From assembly GCA_963777605.1 (NCBI GenBank), contig CAVZRV010000027.1, positions 480,001-544,000 of the forward strand: 64,000 nucleotides of DNA. The letters are read 5' to 3'. Position numbers and translations under genes: made by a program. This document shows, in pieces, positions 11,803-21,032 of this stretch. The notes below the pieces were generated by a model. The model made no database searches. It had not been told where the DNA came from and saw only the letters and a list, made by a program, of their open reading frames with translations. Origin of the DNA: an uncultured Acidobacteriota bacterium. Lineage in GTDB: Bacteria > Acidobacteriota > UBA6911 > RPQK01 > JAPXNP01. Each line of letters opens with the position of its first letter. Position 1 is the stretch's first letter.

Positions 11803-12731
11803 TTTAAGTCGATCATCATCTGGTTGGGAAGGTACTCCGTTGAGCGCAATTTACTCATCTTCGAGACCTTCTGGGTTACGTTCAGGATCCGCTGCACGGC
11901 CTGCTCAATTCCGTCCAGCCGGGACAGACTCTCCGGGGAACGCTGGGCCAACTCGATACGAAGGAGTTGTGCACTCATGTTGATCGTGCAGAGCGGATTG
12001 TTGATTTCGTGGTTGATGCTGACAGCCAACTGTCCAATCGCGGCCAACCGCTCGGCATCCACCAACTGTTCCTGGGTCCTTTGAAGTTCGTCCTGCGAAC
12101 GGATGACGTCGTAGTAGAGCCGGCCGTTCTCGACTGCGATGGCGGCGTACTCAACCAGGATCCGAAGCAGCCTGAGGTCACGGTCCGAGATGGGCCTCCC
12201 AAGGCGGGAAACCATGATCGTCCCGATGATTTCGTCCTTGGCAATCATTGGAGCCTTGACGAATTCCGAATCAAAAACCTCCCGAATGAAGGGGGGCAAA
12301 TCCGTTTCCTGACCGGAGTCTATGACTATCGGCGATTTCTCGCGCTGCAACTCTCTCCAGACGTTGCTCTCCGTCGAAATTGGCCACCGGGCTTTGCGGA
12401 TCGCATTGATGGGGACACCGACCGCAAGCTTGACTTCTTCGTGCTGAGCTTCGCAGTGAACAAGAGAAAGAATCACTTGATCCAGAGAGAGAGTCCGTCT
12501 TATCCCCTGGAGAATCTCGGTCAGGACCTCCTCGATCAGGAGTGTGCTCGCAATCGAGCGAGCTACTTCCCCAATCGCGAGCAGGTCTACTATCTCCTTC
12601 TGGAGTTCCTCTTTGAATGCTACCAACTCCCGATTCTTTGCCTCAGTCAGCCTCAATTGTGCTTGAAGCCGGGCAACCTCATCGATTTCACAGGTCCTGC
12701 TCTCATCATTCGCTGTCAGAGTCTCAGCCAT
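11799..12731 (-). CDS. GAF + HisKA (DHp) protein lacking the HATPase domain
   Basis: GAF domain followed by H-box INHEINNPL; the protein ends about 65 aa after the His with no N or G boxes; start placed at MAETL (12731) because of a GGAGAG RBS and the promoter position. Confidence 0.8.
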   Translation of the reverse strand: MAETLTANDESRTCEIDEVARLQAQLRLTEAKNRELVAFKEELQKEIVDLLAIGEVARSIASTLLIEEVLTEILQGIRRTLSLDQVILSLVHCEAQHEEVKLAVGVPINAIRKARWPISTESNVWRELQREKSPIVIDSGQETDLPPFIREVFDSEFVKAPMIAKDEIIGTIMVSRLGRPISDRDLRLLRILVEYAAIAVENGRLYYDVIRSQDELQRTQEQLVDAERLAAIGQLAVSINHEINNPLCTINMSAQLLRIELAQRSPESLSRLDGIEQAVQRILNVTQKVSKMSKLRSTEYLPNQMMIDLK

Positions 12732-12800
12732 CGTCTTCTCTCCGGGTTTCATGACTTGCTGTGGACTACTTGCTTTCATGGTCATCCCACGCAGACACCA

Positions 12801-12816
12801 AGCACGACGCGTGCCA
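12801..12816 (-). promoter_or_regulatory. Sigma54 promoter for the basal-body operon
   Basis: Minus strand TGGCACG-CGTC-GTGCT; AT-rich segment at about 12850-12895 upstream. Confidence 0.75.
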
Positions 12817-12953
12817 CCCCGTCGAAAGGGCCCCGAAAAGCTGCAATAAACTCCACGTAAAACGCTGCATTAAAACAATTTATGGTTTCATAAAGGAAGC
12901 TGGTCACTGAACACACGCAGGGGCCGAGGGCCCAACTTCGGGCCTCACCGTTT

Positions 12954-13028
12954 CGTCATTCTCCTGACGGAGGAGTCAAACTTTCGTGAGGAGTGACAGG
13001 AAATTGTCGGAAAGTCAGGATCTCTGAT
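12954..13028. promoter_or_regulatory. Array of candidate enhancer (bEBP) boxes
   Basis: GTCATTCTCCTGAC (12955), GTCAAACTTTCGTG (12975), GACAGGAAATTGTC (12995), GTCAGGATCTCTGA (13014); spacing 20, 20 and 19 bp. Confidence 0.6.
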
Positions 13029-13166
13029 CAGATCCGCAATCGGCAGATTCGGAACATCCAAAAATGAGTGGAAGAGCCTTGTCGGATCAGCAAACAACGG
13101 GGGGGGGTTGTTGATCAGGAAACGTGAGGCTGTGGCAGCTCACCGATCGGCTTAGGGGAGACTTCT

Positions 13167-13823
13167 CTATTCCCTCAGTGCCTGGGCGGATTCGGTCCAG
13201 CGGCTGCGGTTGGCCTGAGGGAATATCACCTGAAGGAGTTGCATCACCTGGTCCACCTTGTTGGACAGGCTCGCGAATTCCCGTTTCATCTCGCGGTTGA
13301 GCCGCATCAGCTCAATCTTCTCGTCGTGCAGGGTGTCGATCTTTCCATAGATTTCGCGCAGCTTCTCGTTGGCGACTTCGCTCTCGCGCTGGGCTCGCAG
13401 GGCCTTCTCTTCCAGCCGGATCTTGTCGCACATGTTGCGGATCAGGATCTCGATTTCATTCAGACTGAACGGCTTTGTGATGTAGTCGTAGGCACCCAGT
13501 TGGATTGCCTTGAGTGCCGTTTCGAGTGACGCATATCCAGTCATCAGGGCCGCCAGGACGACCGGATTCTTCAGCTTTGCTGCCTCGATCAGGCTCAAGC
13601 CATCCCCATCTGGAAGCCGCAGGTCCGTTAGGACAATGTCAAAATGGCTGCGCTCGGCTTGCAGGTGAGCCTTGGCCTCGAGACATGTGCTGGCACTGGT
13701 GATAGAAAGCCCCTTTGACTTGAGGAATTCCGCCAGGACATCTCCCAAATCCCGATCGTCATCTACCAAGAGCAACTGAATACTGTTTGTTGCAGAGACA
13801 ACGCGTGTCACATGGGCTCCCAC
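13167..13823 (-). CDS. Response regulator: NtrC-type REC plus C-terminal coiled coil, no DNA-binding domain
   Basis: LLVDDD, VLTDLRLP, MTG, GAYDYITKPF, then a heptad coiled coil; the true start may be GTG 13811. Confidence 0.85.
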   Translation of the reverse strand: MGAHVTRVVSATNSIQLLLVDDDRDLGDVLAEFLKSKGLSITSASTCLEAKAHLQAERSHFDIVLTDLRLPDGDGLSLIEAAKLKNPVVLAALMTGYASLETALKAIQLGAYDYITKPFSLNEIEILIRNMCDKIRLEEKALRAQRESEVANEKLREIYGKIDTLHDEKIELMRLNREMKREFASLSNKVDQVMQLLQVIFPQANRSRWTESAQALRE

Positions 13824-14068
13824 TACTCAAAGAAATCAATTACCTGTTTTCGGGCGTCCCGGTTGAGGAGGATTCTGCCTGAAGGAAGATATTCGAAATT
13901 GATGGGCGCCTTATACTCACTCGCCCGCTCGTCTTTCTTGACCTCCATCGAGAGTTCCTGCCGATCTCCGGAATCGTCCCTCTTTCGATCTTTGCTCTTA
14001 GCCTTGTCCTGGTCGGACGGTAATCTCCCAGAGATCCTTTCAACATTGATAAGCCGAACTATTTCCAT
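13823..14068 (-). CDS. Small hypothetical protein (about 81 aa)
   Basis: ORF below a sigma28 motif, AAGGA RBS, stop overlaps the next start (TAGTG); ends KQVIDFFE. Confidence 0.65.
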   Translation of the reverse strand: MEIVRLINVERISGRLPSDQDKAKSKDRKRDDSGDRQELSMEVKKDERASEYKAPINFEYLPSGRILLNRDARKQVIDFFE

Positions 14069-14097
14069 GGTTAACCGTCCTTGGTTTCCCAATCTCC

Positions 14098-14126
14098 TTA
14101 TCGACCGGTTTGCCTGTTCACTTTAG
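14098..14126 (-). promoter_or_regulatory. Sigma28 (FliA) promoter
   Basis: Minus strand CTAAAG...GTCGATAA (TAAA-N16-GTCGATAA). Confidence 0.65.
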
Positions 14127-14222
14127 GGTTGGATGAAGGAAGATTTGATTTATTTGGGCTATCCAGTCCATGATAAGGGCCGATGTCTGATACGTTGCCC
14201 TGCGGAGGCGGAAGGAACCCTG

Positions 14223-15641
14223 ATGTCCGCTAGCACTTCCGAAGACAAGTCCGTCCTGTTGCTCGAAGACGACGAAACCCTGTCCGCGTTGCTGAAGAAG
14301 TTCTTTGAACAGTGGGGTTGGGAAGTTCACAGCGCAGGTACCGTTGCCGAAGCTCAAGCTCTGATCACGTCCCAGACTTTTGATCTTGTCCTTTGTGACT
14401 ATCTCCTGCCTGATGACAATGGGTTGGCCGTATTTGACGAGATCCAGCGGCGGTCCCCGCTCACCAAAGTGATGCTCATGACGGGGGTCCAGGACATGGG
14501 CGTTGCTGCATCCGCCATGCGCAAAGGTGCAGCGGATCTCATATCAAAGCCATTCAGGATGCACGAACTGGAAGAGCGGATCGCTGCGGTGATGAAGAAG
14601 CGCTCCCGAGAGCAGGAGAGTCACCAAGAACCGGCGGAGCCGATTCGAGGCGACTGGCCGCCTGAAATCGTGGGGGAAAGTGAAGCCCTCCGAGGGTTGA
14701 TTCATTTGATCCGAATTGTGTCGCGCAGATCTCCCCCAGTCCTCATAACCGGGGAAAGTGGAACCGGCAAAGAACTCGTTGCCCGGGCAATCCACGAGAT
14801 GAGCAGTCGCCGCGATAAGCCGTTCGTGGCGATCAACTGCGGGGCCATCCCCGAAAACCTTTTGGAAGATGAGCTCTTCGGCCACGTCCGGGGAGCCTAT
14901 ACGGACGCCAAGACGAGCCGGATGGGACGGCTGGAGGAAGCCAACAACGGGGCTGTCTTTTTCGATGAGATCGGAGAGATGCCTCCCTCGCTGCAGGTCA
15001 AACTTCTCCGAGTGCTGGAAGATCGCATCGTGCAGCGCCTCGGCAGCAACCAGAGTATCTCGGTCGATTTCAGGATCATCGCCGCGACCAACGCTGACAT
15101 CCGGAAGAAAATTGAAGACGGCGAATTTCGCGAAGACCTATTCTACCGGCTCAACGTCGTTCCCATTCGCACTCCGCCGCTTCGGGAGCGAAAGGCCGAC
15201 ATCCCGCTGCTGACCCAGCACTTCCTCAAACTGTTCGCCCGGCAGTACCAGGAAGTTCCAAAGACACTGGATCCGAACGCGCTACGGGCCCTCACTCATC
15301 ACGAATGGCCGGGCAATATCCGGGAACTGAAGAACGTGATCGAACTGGGTTTCATTCTCTCGGGGGAGCGGGATGTAATCCACGTCGAAGATCTCCCGAC
15401 GCTCGATGAGAAGGTTGGTGCCTCTGTCCACGGCTCGCAACTCGAGGCCCTGCTTCACCTGCCTGAAGAGGGTATCGACCTAAATCAGGTCGTCAGCGAA
15501 GTTGAACGAAATCTGATTTGCCAGTCGTTGGAACGCACCGGGGGGAACAAGGGCAAGGCGGCTCGACTCCTCTACCTCAAGCGCACGACCCTGGTTGAGA
15601 AACTTCGCCGCATGAATCTCCTCGAAGAATACATGCGTTAG
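14223..15641 (+). CDS. Sigma54-dependent activator, FleQ/FlrA-like (candidate flagellar master regulator)
   Basis: REC + AAA+ (GESGTGKE, GAYTDA, FFDEIGE) + HTH with RTTLVEKL typical of FleQ/FlrA; start placed at ATG 14223 (AAGGA RBS). Confidence 0.85.
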   Translation: MSASTSEDKSVLLLEDDETLSALLKKFFEQWGWEVHSAGTVAEAQALITSQTFDLVLCDYLLPDDNGLAVFDEIQRRSPLTKVMLMTGVQDMGVAASAMRKGAADLISKPFRMHELEERIAAVMKKRSREQESHQEPAEPIRGDWPPEIVGESEALRGLIHLIRIVSRRSPPVLITGESGTGKELVARAIHEMSSRRDKPFVAINCGAIPENLLEDELFGHVRGAYTDAKTSRMGRLEEANNGAVFFDEIGEMPPSLQVKLLRVLEDRIVQRLGSNQSISVDFRIIAATNADIRKKIEDGEFREDLFYRLNVVPIRTPPLRERKADIPLLTQHFLKLFARQYQEVPKTLDPNALRALTHHEWPGNIRELKNVIELGFILSGERDVIHVEDLPTLDEKVGASVHGSQLEALLHLPEEGIDLNQVVSEVERNLICQSLERTGGNKGKAARLLYLKRTTLVEKLRRMNLLEEYMR

Positions 15642-16981
15642 TTGCGCGTCAGGAGTTTACGCAGGAGTTTGATCTCCTCTTCCTCAGCTGCAAGCTTCTC
15701 GTTCTGGAGCGAAAGCAAGTCGGAGAGCGCGTTAATCCGTGCCTGTTGCTCTTCAATAAACTTGCCCACTTCGTTGATTCTCTTCAGGTGGGCTTCGTCT
15801 GCCGTCCCGCCCGAAGGATCTACGGCAGGGGCAAGGACTTTCTTCAACTCCTGAAACCGACGGTCAAGCGAATTGCCGACTTCCTGCTGGCGACTTCGGG
15901 CGGCCTCGAGCTGTTTGAGGAAGTCCCGACTCGAAGTCAGATCGGATGATTCGCCGAATCCCTGCCCGAGTCGAAGAAGCCTTTCCACGTTGCGGACCTT
16001 ACGGCTCCTGAAATACCAGATACTCCCCCCGGCAACGACCAAGCAAATGGCGGCGACGATGACGAGAAGCTGGTTCTGCGACCAGGTTTCCTCACTCGGA
16101 GAGCTCTGTTCAGGAGACGGTTTCGGGGTGACATCAGGAGTCTTGGGTGTCACCGGCAGCGACTCCTGCCGGGCAACAACGATCTGATCCGAAATGGCGG
16201 CGGCCCGGCGCAGAGCTTCATCGGAACGCTCCCCCAGGTCGGCCGCCCGTCGAAAGTGAGTTCGTGCTTCTTCAAGCTGGCCTAACCGCTCCAAGGCGGA
16301 TCCCAGTTCGAAGTGAGCTACTCCGTCATCCGGATTCATCCCGAGGATATACCGATAGGATCGGATTGCTTCCTCTGCACCTCCCGTCCCGGTACCTTCC
16401 GGCGAGGTCTCTCCGCCGGTCGGGATCGGCTCCTCGCCCGAGGGCTTCTCGGCAACTGCAGCTGGGCTTTCAGCATCCGGCTCCGTCTGCACTTCATTGG
16501 CGGCGCCGAGAGACTCCAGCGATTCACTCCGAACCCATCCCCGTCGGTTGGTCCGATACTCAACCTGAACCCACCCGTCTTGAGAGGAGACTTGGTTCAG
16601 CACTCTTCCCGACTCAAGGTTGGCAATGACGCTGCTTGATGGATCCGGCTCCGCGAAAACAGCGACTGCACTGCCAGTCACTCTGACCGCATCCGGGATG
16701 GTCTCGACGCGCGCAAAGTTGCGGTTGACCCATGCGGATTCGCCGGAAGGAAGAGAAATCTGGAACCAGTCCCCAGATTCTCCGAGGTAGGGGAACGAGT
16801 CGCCCGCAGGGAAACTGCCGATCACGGTAACGTCGCGGATCTCCGGGGCGGAGCGAACAGTTATTCTCCGGCCCTTTTCGAGGACCACGATCTGGAAGCC
16901 AACCGACTGGCTTTGCGCGCCGACAAAGCCAGTCGAAAGAACCCAACAAACAAGTATTAGAAGCCGACCAAACCGCAGCAA
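15638..16981 (-). CDS. Exported tandem SH3b + TPR protein with a TM helix and cytoplasmic coiled coil
   Basis: Signal peptide; two SH3b-like repeats (GDWFQI..G..AWV; DGWVQV...GWV); TPR (NPDDGVAHFELG); TM LLVIVAAICLVVAGGSIWYF; C-terminal coiled coil. Confidence 0.75.
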   Translation of the reverse strand: MLRFGRLLILVCWVLSTGFVGAQSQSVGFQIVVLEKGRRITVRSAPEIRDVTVIGSFPAGDSFPYLGESGDWFQISLPSGESAWVNRNFARVETIPDAVRVTGSAVAVFAEPDPSSSVIANLESGRVLNQVSSQDGWVQVEYRTNRRGWVRSESLESLGAANEVQTEPDAESPAAVAEKPSGEEPIPTGGETSPEGTGTGGAEEAIRSYRYILGMNPDDGVAHFELGSALERLGQLEEARTHFRRAADLGERSDEALRRAAAISDQIVVARQESLPVTPKTPDVTPKPSPEQSSPSEETWSQNQLLVIVAAICLVVAGGSIWYFRSRKVRNVERLLRLGQGFGESSDLTSSRDFLKQLEAARSRQQEVGNSLDRRFQELKKVLAPAVDPSGGTADEAHLKRINEVGKFIEEQQARINALSDLLSLQNEKLAAEEEEIKLLRKLLTRN

Positions 16982-17064
16982 ATAGACACCCCCCGCCTGC
17001 GAGCCGATTCTTTAGTTCATCGCGACTAATGTCAAGCGAAGCTTAACAGGGAGGGGCCACATAT

Positions 17065-17595
17065 TCAGTTCAGCTGGACTGAACCGGCAGCGGCGGACTG
17101 AGCCACAGTCAAATCACTATGGGAAACCACCTTCTCAATGTCCAAGAGCAGCTTGACGCGTTCTTCCGCCCTGCCGATGCCCAGGATGAAATCCGTGCTT
17201 TGGTCGCCGCTCATCGCAGGGGGATTCTGAATGTCATCAGAATCGATATTTACGACTTCGGACATTCTGTCGACAACAATTCCTGTGTCGGTACCATGGG
17301 CCCGAACCACGATGATGCAGTTCTCCCGGCTGGAATCGGCATGATTCATGCCGAACCGCATTCTCAGGTCAATCACAGGAATCACTGTTCCGCGGAGGTT
17401 GATTACGCCTCTGACATAGGAGGGAGTCTGAGGAACAGGCGTCACGGGCACCATTCCGATGATCTCTCGAACCGCCATAATGGGCAGCCCATACTCTTCG
17501 TTTTCGAGGTAGAAGGTTACGTATTTGCCACCCAGACTCAATTCGACATCGTTCACTTGCGGATTCGGTGTTTCAGCAGTTATTGCCATCCTCAT
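17065..17595 (-). CDS. cheW: Chemotaxis adaptor CheW
   Basis: YVTFYLENEEYG, VRGVINLRGTVIPVIDLR. Confidence 0.95.
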   Translation of the reverse strand: MRMAITAETPNPQVNDVELSLGGKYVTFYLENEEYGLPIMAVREIIGMVPVTPVPQTPSYVRGVINLRGTVIPVIDLRMRFGMNHADSSRENCIIVVRAHGTDTGIVVDRMSEVVNIDSDDIQNPPAMSGDQSTDFILGIGRAEERVKLLLDIEKVVSHSDLTVAQSAAAGSVQLN

Positions 17596-17643
17596 TTTGG
17601 TTCCTCCTGAACGGGGTAGATGATCACGTCAGTTCATCTGGAG

Positions 17644-17671
17644 TAATCGGCTCATTCCGAGAAACCTTTAG
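17644..17671 (-). promoter_or_regulatory. Sigma28 promoter upstream of cheW
   Basis: Minus strand TAAA-GGTTTCTCGGAATGA(15)-GCCGATTA. Confidence 0.8.
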
Positions 17672-17680
17672 CCCATGATT

Positions 17681-18766
17681 TCAACATGCGACCGGGCTTT
17701 CAGAGCTTCTCCTGGAACTGAAGGACTGCAGAATCGCTGCAGGAATCTGGGAGAGGCTCAGAATTCTCTCGGCGGCGCCCAGCCTGATCGATTCCTTGGG
17801 CATCCCGAAAACAACCGAGCTTTCTTCATCCTGTGCAATCGTTCGAGCACCTGCCTCTCTCATTGCAAGCAGTCCCTTGGCACCGTCGGCACCCATGCCG
17901 GTGAGAACGACTCCGGTCGCATTGCGCCCGGCGTTCCTGGCCACGGAATAGAAAAGCACATCGACTGCAGGACGCTGATAATGGACCTTTGGGCCGTCCT
18001 TGATTCGCACCCGGAACTGAGCTCCACTTCGTTCCAGGAGCATGTGGAAGCCACCCGGGGCGACCAGGGCAACTCCCGGTACAACCGTGTCCAGGTCGCG
18101 GGCTTCCTTGACACTCATTTTACAAATCGAGTCGAGTCGCTCGGCAAAAATCCGAGTGAAATCGGGAGGCATGTGCTGAACGATCACCGTACCAGGAGTC
18201 GTCGCGGGGAGTACCCGCATGATCGCTTCAATGGTGTTCGTCCCTCCGGTGGAAGCTCCAATCGCCAGAACCTTGTGCGTCGTTTCAATCCCGGCCAAGC
18301 CCTGGGAAACAACAGTTTCCAGATCGCCAGGAGCGGAATCGTCGCGGTGGACCTTCCGGATCCGGGCCCGGGATGCGGCCCGGATGACGCTGGCCAAGTA
18401 CTGGCTGTCCGGCGTAGAGAAACGGTTATCGGGCTTAGCAAGAACTTCGACTGCCCCCATTCTCAAAGCCTTCAGCGCGGTCTCGCTGTTACGCGGCGTC
18501 AACGAACTGACGACGACCACGGGCAATGGATGCTGCCGCATGAGGTGGCCCAGAAAAGTGAGTCCATCCATCCGCGGCATTTCAATGTCCAGCGTGAGCA
18601 CGTCTGGTTCGAGCTTCAGAATCTTGTCACGCGCGACATACGGGTCGATGGCACTGCCTACGACCTCAATGTCGTCATATTTCGAAAGCTCCTCGGTAAG
18701 GACCTTTCGCACGATCGCTGAATCATCTACTACCAGAACTCGAATCAAGTCTGCCTCCAATCTCAA
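17681..18766 (-). CDS. cheB: Chemotaxis response regulator methylesterase CheB
   Basis: REC + methylesterase GASTGG, QHMP, LTGMGADG. Confidence 0.96.
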   Translation of the reverse strand: MRLEADLIRVLVVDDSAIVRKVLTEELSKYDDIEVVGSAIDPYVARDKILKLEPDVLTLDIEMPRMDGLTFLGHLMRQHPLPVVVVSSLTPRNSETALKALRMGAVEVLAKPDNRFSTPDSQYLASVIRAASRARIRKVHRDDSAPGDLETVVSQGLAGIETTHKVLAIGASTGGTNTIEAIMRVLPATTPGTVIVQHMPPDFTRIFAERLDSICKMSVKEARDLDTVVPGVALVAPGGFHMLLERSGAQFRVRIKDGPKVHYQRPAVDVLFYSVARNAGRNATGVVLTGMGADGAKGLLAMREAGARTIAQDEESSVVFGMPKESIRLGAAERILSLSQIPAAILQSFSSRRSSESPVAC

Positions 18767-19224
18767 TGGTCCATTTCGACGACCAGATCGAGGATGAGTT
18801 CGGCCCTTCCGCCCTCCAGCCCGAGGATGACGGAATAACTCTGGGTCCCTTCTTTGACAGCAGGATCACCGGAGGTGACAACGTCAGGAGGATTCAGGTC
18901 GAAGACGGCGTCTTCTCCGCCGATCCGGGGAAGCAAGTTCCCACAAATCACGTTGACAACTTCTTTCAGGGTGTCCAACTGCATTTCCCGGCTGGGATTT
19001 TCCTTTTCGGCCAACATGTTTCGGGACAACGCCAGCAACACGTTTCCGTAGAGGCAAACGGTCAACGCCCCCTGGATGGGACCTCGGAACCAGAGTCTGG
19101 CGCCAGCTTCGAAAGGGGCTTCCAGCTGCGCCGGGTCGGGTTCGGCATCCGTGAACATGAACGTCAATTCTTCAAAAGTCAGGACCGCTGACTGGGAAAG
19201 ATGGCCCTTCAGGTTCTTCTCCAT
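18763..19224 (-). CDS. CheX/CheC-like phosphatase
   Basis: EVVNVICGN (E-x2-N) motif; position in the che operon. Confidence 0.75.
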   Translation of the reverse strand: MEKNLKGHLSQSAVLTFEELTFMFTDAEPDPAQLEAPFEAGARLWFRGPIQGALTVCLYGNVLLALSRNMLAEKENPSREMQLDTLKEVVNVICGNLLPRIGGEDAVFDLNPPDVVTSGDPAVKEGTQSYSVILGLEGGRAELILDLVVEMDH

Positions 19225-19603
19225 ACTCCCCTCCCGTCACTTCGTGCACCATCTGACTGAGGCGCTCGGGAGTGAACGGTTTGTGTACAAATCCAACCCC
19301 ATGGTTGCTGAGGAGCGCCGATATCCTCGTCGTACTCCCCTCCGTCGACACGACCACAATTGGAAGCCCCTTGAAAGTCGGGTTCTTCCGGATCCGCGAA
19401 ATCATCTCCTCACCGTTCATCTCGGGCATGTTGATATCGACTAACGCCAGATCAACCCGATTCTTCGCCAACGCCAGCAGTCCCTCATGCCCGTTGGATG
19501 CCTCAAAGATCTCGCCGAGCGGCAGTCCGCTCAAATGGAGGGTCCGGATGATCATTTTGCGCATCGTGGCACTGTCGTCCACAACCAAAATGTTCAGAGA
19601 CAT
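19172..19603 (-). CDS. cheY: CheY-like single-domain response regulator
   Basis: VVDDS, LVDINMP, VST, KPF. Confidence 0.85.
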   Translation of the reverse strand: MSLNILVVDDSATMRKMIIRTLHLSGLPLGEIFEASNGHEGLLALAKNRVDLALVDINMPEMNGEEMISRIRKNPTFKGLPIVVVSTEGSTTRISALLSNHGVGFVHKPFTPERLSQMVHEVTGGEYGEEPEGPSFPVSGPDF

Positions 19604-20097
19604 TCGTAAACCCTCTCTTCTTTCCCCTTCTCACCGTTATAGGTGAAAACGGTAACAATCCCCTTCTTCAATTCCACCGACATGTTGCGCGAGTGATTGC
19701 CTCCAGTGTCCTCGGCCCTCAACAGAACGCCGTTTCTCCAGAGGATCTTCCGCAACATGAGAATGTTTCGCTTCCCAATCTCAAAACAGTCGGACCCACA
19801 ACTCCTCAGGCTCGCCCCACCCGAGACCGCAACCAGAATCCGCTCCTTCTGGGCTCCATATTTGTACGCCTCCCGGAATAAGAGTGGTACTCCAGTGTCA
19901 ACAAACATGCAAGGTTTATCGGCAGCCTTTTCCGGGCTCACCGTCGAAATCGGCAGCATGACATGGAGTAATCCCCCCACTCGGGCGACGGGATCGTAGA
20001 TGGTAATCCCGAGGCAACTGCCCAGCGCGTATGTAATCACGACATCGTCTGGACAATCGGACACCTTGAAGTCCGCAATTCCAACTACATGTTTCAC
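19594..20097 (-). CDS. cheD: Chemoreceptor glutamine deamidase CheD
   Basis: LGSC, GGLLHVMLP, IGKRN, EDTGG. Confidence 0.95.
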   Translation of the reverse strand: MKHVVGIADFKVSDCPDDVVITYALGSCLGITIYDPVARVGGLLHVMLPISTVSPEKAADKPCMFVDTGVPLLFREAYKYGAQKERILVAVSGGASLRSCGSDCFEIGKRNILMLRKILWRNGVLLRAEDTGGNHSRNMSVELKKGIVTVFTYNGEKGKEERVYECL

Positions 20098-20122
20098 TTC
20101 AAAATTACTCCGAAGCGGCCCT

Positions 20123-20965
20123 TCACTCCTTTGTGTACACGGCCGGCTGCACGTACTTGAACCGGTGCTTTAGCCCGGTCAACCCTTCCGACAAACCAAC
20201 ACAGAAGATCCCCCCTGGGGCCAAGAGCTCCCAATACCGGTTAACCAATCGCTCCCGCGTGGGGCGATCAAAGTAAATCATCACATTGCGGCAAAAGATC
20301 ACCTGGAACGGTCCTCGCATTGGCCAATCCGTCTGGAGATTGAGCCAGGCGAAGTGAATCATCGCGCGGAGATTCGGGTTAACTCGCACAATGTCCTTGT
20401 CAGCCCTCCTGAAGTGGCGTCGGACCTGGCTGTCGGTCAGGCCCTCGAGCGCGTTGGCCCGGTACTTGCCCTCGGCAGCTGACTCCACTGCGGGGCGACA
20501 GATATCGGTTGCGAGAATCTTGATATCTCTCTTGGCCACGTCCGGAATCGCTTCCGTCATGTCGATCGCCATACTGTAGGGCTCCTGCCCATAGGAGCAT
20601 CCCGCAGACCAGATTCGGACCCGCCGCATTCCAGAGTTAGTGAAAGCCGGATAGACGTTCCTGGCCAGGAACGTGAACTGCTCCGCATCGCGGAAAAACT
20701 GGGTTTTGTTTGTGGTAATCAGATCAACCAGCTCCGCCAGCTCCTGACGGCTCGCATCCCCCTCGACATAATCGAAGTACTCGGAAAAACTTCTCATCCT
20801 CAAGGTTCTGAGTCTTCGACTGAGCCTCGCCTTGACCAGGTCCTCCTTGCCCTCTTTCAGGTGGATCCCACAGATTTCCTGGACCAGTCCAGAAACCCGC
20901 TCAAACTCGTCACTGGAGAGCACAAAACTTCGAACTTCAAAATCGTTAATTGCCGAGTAAGTCAT
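20123..20965 (-). CDS. cheR: Chemotaxis methyltransferase CheR
   Basis: TTNKTQFFRD, IWSAGCS, IFCRNVMIYFD. Confidence 0.96.
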   Translation of the reverse strand: MTYSAINDFEVRSFVLSSDEFERVSGLVQEICGIHLKEGKEDLVKARLSRRLRTLRMRSFSEYFDYVEGDASRQELAELVDLITTNKTQFFRDAEQFTFLARNVYPAFTNSGMRRVRIWSAGCSYGQEPYSMAIDMTEAIPDVAKRDIKILATDICRPAVESAAEGKYRANALEGLTDSQVRRHFRRADKDIVRVNPNLRAMIHFAWLNLQTDWPMRGPFQVIFCRNVMIYFDRPTRERLVNRYWELLAPGGIFCVGLSEGLTGLKHRFKYVQPAVYTKE

Positions 20966-21032
20966 CAGCTGACAGGTCCTCTTTCAAACCCGACGTTTCC
21001 GGGAACCAACCTTATATGTTGAAGGGATCCCC

